NCBI GenBank assembly: GCA_018398765.1 | Contig: JAHBMJ010000057.1 | Span: 117,279 to 137,278 of the forward strand | Source of the DNA: Chromera velia | Taxonomy: Eukaryota | Length of the DNA: 20,000 bases | Reading direction: 5' to 3' | Shown: in pieces, positions 1-9,879 of the stretch | Layout: every line of letters begins with the position of its first letter | How positions within the stretch are numbered: position 1 is the stretch's first letter | The notes under the pieces: model-generated | The model's input: the letters and a program-made list of their open reading frames with translations, nothing else | What the model was told of the DNA's origin: nothing | Databases searched by the model: none | Program-made: the position numbers and the translations under genes

Positions 1-960
1 TTATTACACTTAGAGTCTGATCCCTCTGTGCTCACTGGTTTGCCTCTGTTTGAGACTCCATCTCCTTCTGCTTTCGCTTTTCTAATGAGGCCCCCGCTAG
101 AAAACAAACTGGAAGATGACGCACGTGCTTTCTGTGCAGTGGACATTTCATCTTCAGAATTCGAATCGTCTAACTCGGTGTCAATAATATCGGGACAAGC
201 GGCACGAATGTCTACCAAATTGCGGAGCTGCTGGTATGTGATCTTTGTTGTGTCGCCCTTGTATACCCTCGCAGCATTTAGGTAGTAATGGCAAGTACGT
301 TGGGTGCTATTCAGCCTTATGCTTCATGACTCACTTAAGGGCATCTTGCATTGTCTCGTCATATGCTGCTGTGTCATATGTCATTGCATGCCTTTGCTTG
401 AGTTGCTGTCAACTTGCTGAGCAATTGTACTATCAAGAAGACCAAAGGCAGCCTTCTGAATCAGCTTTTCCCCTTCCCTGCGCTTCAATCTGTTCACTAG
501 CTTCTTTTCCTCATCTCTCTATACCTACGGTGCTGTGTATGGAGACCATACTGCCCGACAAGCTTGGTAAAGATATCCCCCTCCCTCGTTAATTCCCTTC
601 ATAATATTTGTCTTCACGTGTGTCTCCAACTTTTTGAAACCACCCAGCTCTACGGCATACAGCAGAGCTGCAGTTTCCTACACCGTCTCAAGCTTGCTTG
701 GGTCTGGATAGATTTCGTTCTTCAGGTACAGATTCGATTTGTTCAAGAACGTCTTCTCTTTGGCAACAAAAACTTCAACCGACTCAATCTTCGAAACCCA
801 GTTAAGAAACGCTGGCCTAGAAACATAGATGGAAGGGTTTGCTGTGCATGACTGGCTGCTTGCCACACAGCTAGGCCTGCACTGCAGCCGTAGCTCCCTC
901 TGCCGCAAGCAGGGTTTCTAAGAGCATAACATGGGCAACGAGATCATATTGATAGTCCCT
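1..960 (-). pseudogene. Degenerate coding remnant of unknown family, possibly a decayed mobile-element ORF
   Basis: Manual minus-strand translation gives protein-like stretches in changing frames, broken by stops: ...PAFLNWVSKIESVEVFVAKEKTFLNKSNLYLKNEIYPDPSKLETV*ETAALLYAVELGGFKKLETHVKTNIMKG..., DEEKKLVNRLKRREGEKLIQKAAFGLLDSTIAQ..., HYYLNAARVYKGDTTKITYQQLRNLVDIRAACPDIIDTELDDS... No family motif recognised. Boundaries are approximate. Confidence 0.3.
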
Positions 961-1593
961 TCTTGACTGTGTCAAAGTCTGCTCTTGGTATAACGTCTGT
1001 CGCAGGACTGGTTACTATTGTCACACATAGAATCTTTAGAAGCGAACCTTCAATACAACCGTAACGACTAAACACAAACTTTAAGTCAAGATCAATGATC
1101 ATAGAGCTAATGTCAAATATTTGGACTTCTTGAAATTAGGTTTGAAATAGGGTGCTTAAGACTAAAATAAATTAATTAAGGAGCCCTGTAATTCAGTACT
1201 AGGTCCAGTAAGCTGTAAGTCTTCAAATCATTATCTAATGAGGCCTAGTAGGTTGACTCTCTGGTTGAGTGAAGTCTCAGACTCATAGTGAACAAATTTC
1301 TGCAGAACATGCCAGGTTGGCCAAATTTAGCTAAATTTAAACTAATTTAAACCCAGATGTTTGTTTAGTACCCACCAGCTTTAACCTATCAATCAATCAA
1401 ACCTTAGAAACCTAGACACATTACATGATTTTACATCACACATCATTGTGAAAGCAATATATAAATTTCGTTATAAATTCAATAAACAGATAAATTGGTA
1501 TATAGTTGAACATTCAGTGTCATTCACCGTGACAGTGATACGTATCAAACAGTCATTCTATTTATAGTAACAACAACTCTTAAATACTGCATA

Positions 1594-4049
1594 CTACATC
1601 ATGTATTGGAACAACTGCTCCAAACCACCTAGTAGGTCCCGCGCCTCCTCTCCATTCACTGTATCAACAATACACTCACTGCTTTTAACTGCAAAATGTT
1701 TGGAGGGCCCTTTGTCCGCTGGTGCAAGTATCACACCATGGACGGTAACGCCTGTATTCTTCGCATCTTGATCAGCCTGCAATTTCAAAATCGCCTTCTT
1801 AAGGCTGCTGACCTTTCCCCGAGAGCTGCCTCCTGTCACATGAATAAGCACCACGTCAAGCCCGTCCGAGCTGCGAAAAAACATATCCACAGCTGGGTGG
1901 GTTGGCCTCCCATGATGACCCCTCGCCGGCTCTTCCGCATAGTACAAAACGTCCTTCTGACGTCGACTTGGTTGTCAAGGTTGTTCTCGGGAAAGATTCG
2001 GCCGGGCTTTACCTCGGTGCACTTGAAGAAAAACATGAGTGATGAAAATTCAAGGTGCCCGCACAGAACTGCTTGACAGGCAAGCACCCAAAGGTAGGCC
2101 TCCTCCAGCGGTGCACTTAACATGAACCTCAAATCATCGTCTACGCTCCCTAACAACCCCCGAAACCGAGAAGCACAGAAACTGTAGACCTTGCGCAACA
2201 CGGGCCTGTCTTGAGGGGGGAGAGAACTCAGAAGGTGGGAGACGGAGGCACTGATGTATCCGTTTCGGAGCACCACAAGTTCAGTCAACCCGCGTTTGCC
2301 GGACGCTTCCCTGTCAGACATGCCCAACAAGAGCTCGGCAGCATTAGCGTCGTCACTCTCGTCGCCCCTCTGCTTGATCTCGAGATCGACAGGGCAGGCA
2401 CGGATGGCGCCCCGCAGCTGCATGGCACGGGTCTCCTTCCCCTTCCCGACTCGTACCTGTAAGGGCAGCTTGGCGGCAAGGCGGTTGATAAACTCCTCTA
2501 CGTCGTCTGGCCTATACCCCGGCATGTGCAACGCTCCGAGCGCCTTCTTTGCCTCGAGAGCCATGGCAAAGCGCAGCCTTCAGGGTTGCCAACAGGCGCT
2601 CCGCGTCACGACGTGCGCGCTTCAACTGGGGAAAGCGAAGTTGGGGGTACTTTTCGGAAATGGAATGGCGGGTAGCGAGGTAGTCCATCACCTTGTCAAC
2701 GTCAATGCGGGGAAGGGCAACAGGATCGCGACTGACCCGAGATGATGATCCCCTTGGTTCTAGAGGGGGCGGTTCGATGTACGTCGCCACGACTCTGGTT
2801 CTGCAGGCGAGCACTTCCATGGCACCTCCGCAGAACCAGGCACCGGGATCATACTCGGCCTCTGTGCGGCGGTGGCACATTCTCCTGTGCTCGTCGACGT
2901 GGAGGAGGATCTCGCTGTCCTTGCCCAAATGGCGGTCCAGCAGTTCGCTCAGAACTTCTTGCGAACGCTCGACTGCCGGAGGATTGTCGTTACGGGGCAC
3001 CTCGTGTGGGCCTTCCCTGTCCGGTTCCTCCAGAAGGATTCTCACACACTCGACCGCAAAGGCCGCTCCCTGTTCCTCCGCGACCATAACGTCGTCAGAC
3101 GGCGTGTAGGGAGATACCTCGAAATTTCGATCCCCGTTGTTGTCAAAGGCAAGGTAGAGAGAGGTAGTGGGTGAAGTTGCTCTCGAGAAATGCTGGCAAG
3201 TCTTTCCTGTTTTTGACGGTGAGCAAATGTACTTGACAAGGTATCGCTCGCCCCCTCGACGGTGAAGCTGCTTCGCCATGTGCAACAAGTCACCCGATGC
3301 ACCCCAGTGCGGAAGCTCGTGCAGCCTAAGCCACCCCCGCTTCGTCTTCCTCCGAGGGAGTGAGGACTTGTAAGTCTCCCAGTCGCGGTACAGCCCCGTG
3401 CGGTTATGGAGGTTCAAATCGAAGTGGTCTTTGAGACGCGCCTCAATGGTCGAATCCACGGTTCCCCCTTGATGCTCCACGCTACTGTGAGAGCAAGAAG
3501 TGGGGCGGAAGAGCGATTTCCGTTGGGGGGATAAGAAGCCCTCAACGGAAGCGGGAAGAACAGCCGGAAGAGCGATTTCCGTTGGGGGGATAAGAAGCCC
3601 TCAACGGAAGCGGGAAGAACAGCCGGAAGAGCGATTTCCGTTGGGGGGATAAGAAGCCCTCAACGGAAGCGGGAAGAACAGCCGGAAGAGCGATTTCCGT
3701 TGGGGGGATAAGAAGCCCTCAACGGAAGCGGGAAGAACAGCCGGAAGAGCGATTTCCGTTGGGGGGATAAGAAGCCCTCAACGGAAGCGGGAAGAACAGC
3801 CGGAAGAGCGATTTCCGTTGGGGGGATAAGAAGCCCTCAACGGAAGCGGGAAGAACAGCCGGAAGAGCGATTTCCGTTGGGGGGATAAGAAGCCCTCAAC
3901 GGAAGCGGGAAGAACAGCCGGAAGAGCGATTTCCGTTGGGGGGATAAGAAGCCCTCAACGGAAGCGGGAAGAACAGCCACGATCGAGCAACAGAACAAGC
4001 ATCTTTTGTGGTGGTGAATGAAAAGCACAACTTTGGACAGCATCATCAT
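1594..4049 (-). pseudogene. Frameshifted P-loop NTPase + C-terminal restriction-endonuclease-like (PD-(D/E)XK-type) protein, Crinkler/RHS (CR-NTPase + REase)-like, with putative N-terminal targeting leader
   Basis: Three overlapping ORFs (3480-2512, 2564-1836, 1947-1594) join into one protein through frameshifts near 2578 (LATLK/LRFAMALEAK) and near 1950 (QVDVR/DVLYYAEE). Walker A-like YICSPSKTGKT, Walker B-like ILLHVDEH, and C-terminal HPAVDMFF...VVLIHVTGG resembling REase-fold D...(Q/E)xT motifs. The ATG at 4049 is in frame with the 3480 ORF if only one 59-bp repeat unit is kept. Family assignment is from motif recognition only. Confidence 0.6.
3507..3978. repeat. Perfect tandem repeat, 8 x 59 bp, within the 5' coding region of the NTPase-nuclease gene
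   Basis: Unit ggaagagcgatttccgttggggggataagaagccctcaacggaagcgggaagaacagcc starts at 3507, 3566, 3625, 3684, 3743, 3802, 3861 and 3920. No spacers. Each unit has an internal inverted repeat (ttccgttg...caacggaa). Confidence 0.97.
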
Positions 4050-4627
4050 TCTTCAGCCTTAGTACGCCACTGAACTGACTCCCTTGCATGAGCTGAAGAG
4101 GTTTGAGGTCTCAATCAAGCCAAGTCTCCAACTGCGTGTTCAATGGAGGATTAATTGACAAAACATGCACAAAGTTTGTGTACGCCTTTACTCAATACGG
4201 AAATTCTTCGCGGCGCGCGATGCGCGCCCATGTGCACTCTCGTGTATTGATTAATTTTTCTGTATGCATGCATGTGCATGCATGCATGTGCATATATAAT
4301 ATGATGATCATAAAAAATATATATATTCATATACATAATCTATAGCTTCAACCATGCAACTTCACGTCCAACTGCATGCATATACGTCATGATCGATGTC
4401 AAAAGAACACGTACTGCAACTGACTGCAGAATTTCGAAGGTGTGCTTTTGTGTGTTCATGTCAACGTATGCATGTCCCGACATTGGATAGCTGTGACCGA
4501 TAGATTGCTCTTCCATCGCGATCGCGATCTTCCTGGCTGACTTCTTTTGTGGCCCGACCGGATCCGTTGACCCTTGTCCCGCCAGAGATTCTACCACCAA
4601 TCAATTAACCCGCAGACTTAGAAAGAG
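4050..4627. promoter_or_regulatory. Divergent intergenic/promoter region with clustered TGCATGCA motifs
   Basis: Lies between head-to-head starts at 4049 (-) and 4628 (+). Overlapping TGCATG(CA) motifs at 4265-4293 and 4373-4380. TGCATGCA is a known ApiAP2-bound motif in apicomplexans; function here is inferred. Confidence 0.4.
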
Positions 4628-7600
4628 ATGAAGGGTGTGCTTGCTTTTGGCCCTTCGGCCTCGTTGTTTGGCCTGGCTGTATTTTGTTCCTTCGTCTCGC
4701 CGGTGTCCTCTCAGTCCCCTCCTCAAGGAGGCCAGTTGAGGTTCTTCGACCAGTCCCCTTTCGTAAGTGAAATCAGAGGCATTCCCCAGATGGAGGAAGA
4801 GGTCTGGAACAACACCCAAACAGCCACTGTGGTCTTCTTCTACAGCCGTCAGCCAAGCACAATGCATGGATATACATACTTCGTTGATACATAGGTTGTC
4901 TGCCTGGTTGGTTGGCCGGCTACCCTCCATTCAAGTGTTTTCGTAGCTTCCGCGTTCCACTTACATGAATTCATAAATACGGACACATACATTCAAATAT
5001 GCATACCTGGCCTGAAATGAACGTGCGCCCATGGAATGTTGAGTACAAGAGCTTCTCTTCACATGCTCCCCCACAAACATACGAATACATATACACATAC
5101 ACATGCATGCACTTACATATGAGGAGACTTCTCTCCCTCACTCATCCAACTTCTTAGCTTAAGTGAGCCCAGAGTTCTCATCTGCAAGTAGACTTTGGGT
5201 TCTCCTCCAAGCTTCTCTGCCTGTATTGCCCGCGTGTGTGTGTCCCGGGCTGCCTCCCTTCCATCCCTCCCTCCCTCCCTCCTTCCTTCCTCTGTCGTCT
5301 CATTCATCCTCGTGCTCCAACACTCTCTGCCAGGGTCTAAGGCTGCGTGCGTCAGTTTCTTGTGTGAGGTCCGCAGGGACTCACCTGCTGATGTGCTGAT
5401 ACATTCTTCACGTGCACATGGCCGCGTGTGTTTGTGAACGTTTTTGCAGCCTTTTGTCCCAAATGTATGGGGTTCCGCCGGGTGTTTGAGGAGGCCGCAA
5501 AGGCGTTCGAGTCGCAGTACGGGTTGGACTTTGTTGCCGTGGATTGCCTCTCCGAGCAGCACCTCTGCTTGAGGGCAGGGGCCATGCACTTTCCCTTGGT
5601 GGGTGTTTCTGCAGATTTAGTTGCGTGTATGAGTGGAATCACTGTGTATCGATGCGTTTTCGTGTGTATATGTTTGTTCGTGTCTTTTCAGAAGATTTCA
5701 GAGGGTCATTGGCGTTTTTGTAATATTTTTGTCCACTTCAATGGAAAGTTCATGACATGTGCATGCGTCATTCATTCGTTTCTTTCTGTTCATGTAAATG
5801 CGGCAGGTATGTGTGCGTATCCGTGTGCGTGTTCTTTTCGTCCTTCCTTGTACCAGCAGATGCATCCAGGTAGGTCTGTATGCTCTGTTCACATACGTAC
5901 GCGTGCACATTTAAATACCTGCATGCAGGTGAGAGCCTTCAACACCCCCAAACTCCAGAAGGCTCTGCCATCATTTTCTTTCATACAGAATGCTTTTTCA
6001 GGCACAAATAAAAAAATAAATAAATACCTGCATGCAGGTGAGAGCCTTCAACACCCCCAAACTCCAGAAGGTTGTGCCAGGCCTCCGCAAGCTCGGAACC
6101 CGCATGCCGGTCGATGAGTGGTTCCCCTGGATGCCCTCCAGAATCGTCAGGTCAGTTTGTTGACGCACGCAAGTTTTGATGCGTCCTTGCGTGCGTCAGA
6201 TGAGTGGTTCCCCTGGATGCCTTCCAGAATCGTCAGGTCAGTTTGTTGACGCACGCAAGTTTTGATGAGTGGTTCCTTGCGTGCGTCAGATGAGTGGTTC
6301 CCCTGGATGCCCTCCAGAATCGTCAGGTAGGTCAGTTTGTTGACGCACGCAAGTTTTGATGCGTCCTTGCGTGCGTCAGATGAGTGGTTCCCCTGGATGC
6401 CCTCCAGAATCGTCAGGTAGGTCGGTTTTTTGGTCTGTCTGTCTTTTGGTTGGTTGGTGCGTTTGAACTGCATGCGGTATTGAACTCTACGATTTTTCTT
6501 CTGCTGCTGGTGCTCTCGAGATGAAGCTTCCGATTCAGCACGCCATTCCACTTCATTAGCAAATTCCCCCCCCCTCCCACTCACCGAGAGAGAAAGGAAA
6601 GGGGCAGCGGTGTCCTCCACATCTGCACAGACGACCACGGCCGTGCGCCCACCCCGCTATACCTATCTGTCTGTCTGCAGGTGGCTGGTTCAGGACGCGA
6701 AACTCCCTTCTCCCCCAGAGGAACTGATCGAGACGATGGAGAGGGAATGGGACCCCATGGCAGAGATGGCGGCAGTCTTCGGTCGGTGCATGCATTTATT
6801 TTGAAAAAAGAAGGAATTCTGTATTTTGAAAAAAGAAGGAATTCTGTATGAAAAGAAAGAATGGGACCCCATGGCAGAGATGGCGGCAGTCTTTGGTCGG
6901 TCTTTCTGCATGGTAGTTGTGGTCGTTCTTTTGGACTGTCCATGTGCATGTACACTTCTTTTGTACTGGGTATTGCAGCTGCTCGTTGTGTGCTCGTTGT
7001 GTCTGTTTAGTTCTTTTGGACTGTCCATGTGCATGTACTTCCATTTATGTCTTTCCACTTTGGGTATGGCAAGGGGCGGAGACGGCTACCTTCAGACCTG
7101 CATGGCGATTTCCTCCAGGGGTTCTCTTATTTCATTTACCTCTCTCTCTCTCTCTCTTGTTTTGTTTGTCTCTCTCTTTTTCTCTCTCTCTCTTTGTCGT
7201 TTTGTGTTTTTTCATTTGTGTCTGTTTGCGCGTGGTGTCTGCAGGTCAGGGCGGCCTGGCCGGACTCGCTGAGTCGGCCGATGAGGCCCATGCTCGGGGC
7301 GTGGCTGCTCTTGACGCTTTGGACTTGACTCAGCAGAAGAGCATTTCTGTCGGGGACAGTGGGAGAGAGGGGGGGCTGGACTTGAAGAGCGTCCAGGAGA
7401 CGCTGCACTCACAGCCGAAGGGGGGGGAGAAGAAGTACGTGCCCCCCTCTAAGTATGTCGGGATTCGGAGTGCACAGGGGAGATGGTCGAATGGGCAGAC
7501 GGCAGACGACGCGGGGGTGCGCCTCGCAGACTCACTCAACTTCCTTCAAGTGAGTGAGTGAGTAGCGTGGAGTGCATTCTCAGTGTTTAAATCACGCACA

Positions 7601-9851
7601 TGCATGCGACGTTTCATTTTCCGTTGATTTCTCGCAACTCACTGACCGCAAGTTCAAAAAGCCAAATTTTATCTCTCCCTCCCGCGCTAAGCCCCTTACA
7701 GAAGCTATTGATTACAGGTGAAGAATGAAAGACACACAGCCTGTATTGCACCAACCAACTTTGTTAATCTTTGGTCTGTCTGTCTGTCTGTCTGCTGACC
7801 GCATGCAGTACCTTCTGCACAACCGCATCTTCCTCCGAGGAAAGGAGACGCTCTCTTCTGGAGAGACCATCCGACTGGAGCAGATTCTGTTCGTTCTCGG
7901 AAGTTCTATCCCGGGACTGCCCTTCAGGTCAGAACTATCTGCTTCATTGATTTTCATTGCATTCTGTATTGAAGAATTCTGTGCTAAATTCAATGCATAT
8001 CCCGGGACTGCCCTTCAGGTCAGAACTATCTGTTTGGAGGTGCTCGTTCGGGTCTGCGAAAGGAATTTCCTTAATTCTTCGCCGTCTCTTGACTTTCTTT
8101 TCTTCTTTGTCTTAGCGATTCTTCTTCATTGGTTCTGCTGTTCTCTCTTGACCTCTGGATGTCTTTGGGAGTTTTATTCCGCCGACAGCCTGTCTCTTCC
8201 TTCTTTCAACTTTCTTTCCACGCACGCGTGTAGACGGAGCATCGAGGACCTTCTTTTGCATTGATTTTGATACGGAATTCTTTCCAATCATACAGAATTC
8301 GTATGAAAGTCAATGCATGCATCTTTCCACGCACGCGTGCAGACGGAGCATCGAGGACCTTCTTCGTTGGTTGGGCCACGAGAGAGTGGAGCAGTGCGCA
8401 GAGGAGACGGGAGGACACGGAGGGGTGCCGCCCCTCACGAAGGAACAATGGGACGGGAAAATGAGAGAGTGGCGGCTGGGTCTGCTGCCTAGGCTGCAGC
8501 CCGGGGAGGTGCCTAAGAGCGTGACCTGTCCGAAGAACCATAACCTTCTGACCTGTCAGACATGGCATCTTCTCCATGTCCTCGCTGCCTCTGCTGATGC
8601 GTCGTTTGCAGCACACCCGTTTGAGTCGCCTTCAGAGAGAAGGCTGTCCTTTCCTGCCACCCCGCTTCAGATTCAAGAGACGGTTCATGCCCTTGTGACT
8701 TCCTTCTTTACTTGCGAGGACTGCAGTAAGCATTTTGAAGAGAGCTTCAACAGTTGTGCATTCTCCCGATGTGCCATCTCCGAACTGCAAACAGATGACA
8801 AAGAAGAAAAGGAAAAGAAAGGCGGGCTCTTCTCTTCTCCCGTCTCCTCACTTCATGACTCCCTTGACACCCGTCTCTCTTCCTGGATGGATAGGGTGGA
8901 AGCATACCGACAAGAGGCAGAAGGACAGACAGAGAAGGTCGAGAGGGACGCTTCCCTGCTCCGTCTCTGGCTCTGGCGTCTCCATAACAGCGTCACCCTC
9001 CGCACAGCCACGGACCCCTCTCACGTGCTGAACTCTGTGCCGTTGAGCCCGTCTGAAGAGGAAGAGGTCAAGGGAGCGTTTGAAATGACAAGCAGCGGCG
9101 GCAGTGGAAATTCAATCACGGGGGGAACGGTGAACGGGACGATCGCTGTGCGGGGCGAGAGGGCGCGGTTTGGTCACAACGTGCTTCGATATCTTGGTAG
9201 AGACGTGCGTTGGCCCTCTCCTTTTGCTTGCCGTTCCTGTCTGGGAAATTTCCCCCATGCTACTCCAACAGCAGCAGTCGGGCGGGAAACGTCGCCTCTG
9301 CCGGTGTCTCTGCGGATCTCGAAGGAATTTGCAGAAAGGGTCCAGAAGGCTGAGAGAGACAGAGAGAGGTCAGCTAGAGCTGTCAGCAGCTGTGACGGAA
9401 GTGTTTTTGGTTTGGGTGTTGCTCTGGGGAGGGAAGGGGAAGGGAGGGGAGGGGAGGGAAGGGAAGGGAAGGGAAGGGGAGGGGGAATTCCTGGTCTACT
9501 GTGTGCCTCCCTCATGCATGTGTGAAGCTTTCTTTCGCAGTTCTCATGTAGTATCCTTTCCTTTTCCGCTTTCCGTATAAGATTAATTGAAGTGTTCGAT
9601 ATTTGAATCTGTTCTCCTTCCCCTCATTTGTTTTTCCTCGGCAGTTTCCTGCGGCCACAAGTTCTCCCATCCTTTTTTGCTTTCTTAATTCCTATGCAGG
9701 GATGACCCAAAGCTGTTGTTTTCTTTTTGTTATGAATGATTCTTTCAGGTGGGAGCTGACCGATTTGGAGGACACTGCCGGCTTTAAGCTGCCTGAAGTT
9801 TCGACGTTCTTGAAGGACTTCTACTGGAAGCCTAGCTTTGATGTCATGTGA
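4628..9851 (+). CDS. QSOX: Quiescin sulfhydryl oxidase (thioredoxin domain + ERV/ALR FAD domain), secretory, 8 exons, 711 aa
   Basis: Exons 4628-4847, 5450-5598, 6038-6150, 6681-6781, 7245-7549, 7809-7927, 8343-9368, 9749-9851. All introns are GT..AG, phases are consistent, total 2136 nt = 712 codons including stop. N-terminal signal peptide; thioredoxin motif VVFFYSPFCPKC formed across intron 1; AVDC...C...HFPLVRAF; ERV hallmarks TCQTWHLLHVLA, FFTCEDCSKHF, LWLWRLHNSVTLR, WPSPFACRSC; terminal EVSTFLKDFY. Confidence 0.9.
6113..6424 (+). repeat. Four tandem copies (period 86, 90, 90 bp) of the QSOX exon 3 end + donor site
   Basis: gatgagtggttcccctggatgcc(c/t)tccagaatcgtcaggt starts at 6113, 6199, 6289 and 6379. 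Confidence 0.95.
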
Positions 9852-9879
9852 TCCATACACACGGATTTTAAGAGGCATC

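Noticed and set aside
1696..3174. Plus-strand ORFs overlapping the NTPase-nuclease gene
   Set aside because: Antisense shadow ORFs of GC-rich coding sequence with no recognisable motifs.
1594..3480. Programmed ribosomal frameshifting joining the three ORFs
   Set aside because: No canonical slippery heptamer at either junction, and several independent lesions point to decay or sequence error.
3507..3978. CRISPR-like array (palindromic repeat next to a nuclease-like gene)
   Set aside because: Units are contiguous and identical with no unique spacers, no cas genes are present, and the context is eukaryotic.
6799..7038. Short intron-interior duplications (ttttgaaaaaagaaggaattctgta x2; gttcttttggactgtccatgtgcatgtac x2) as regulatory elements
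   Set aside because: No evidence of function. Kept only as a control showing that local duplication is not limited to splice junctions.
9369..9525. Gly/Arg/Glu-rich C-terminus of the 402-aa ORF 8317..9525
   Set aside because: Read-through into intron 7. The donor at 9369 and acceptor at 9748 give the QSOX-like ending WELTD...FLKDFY.
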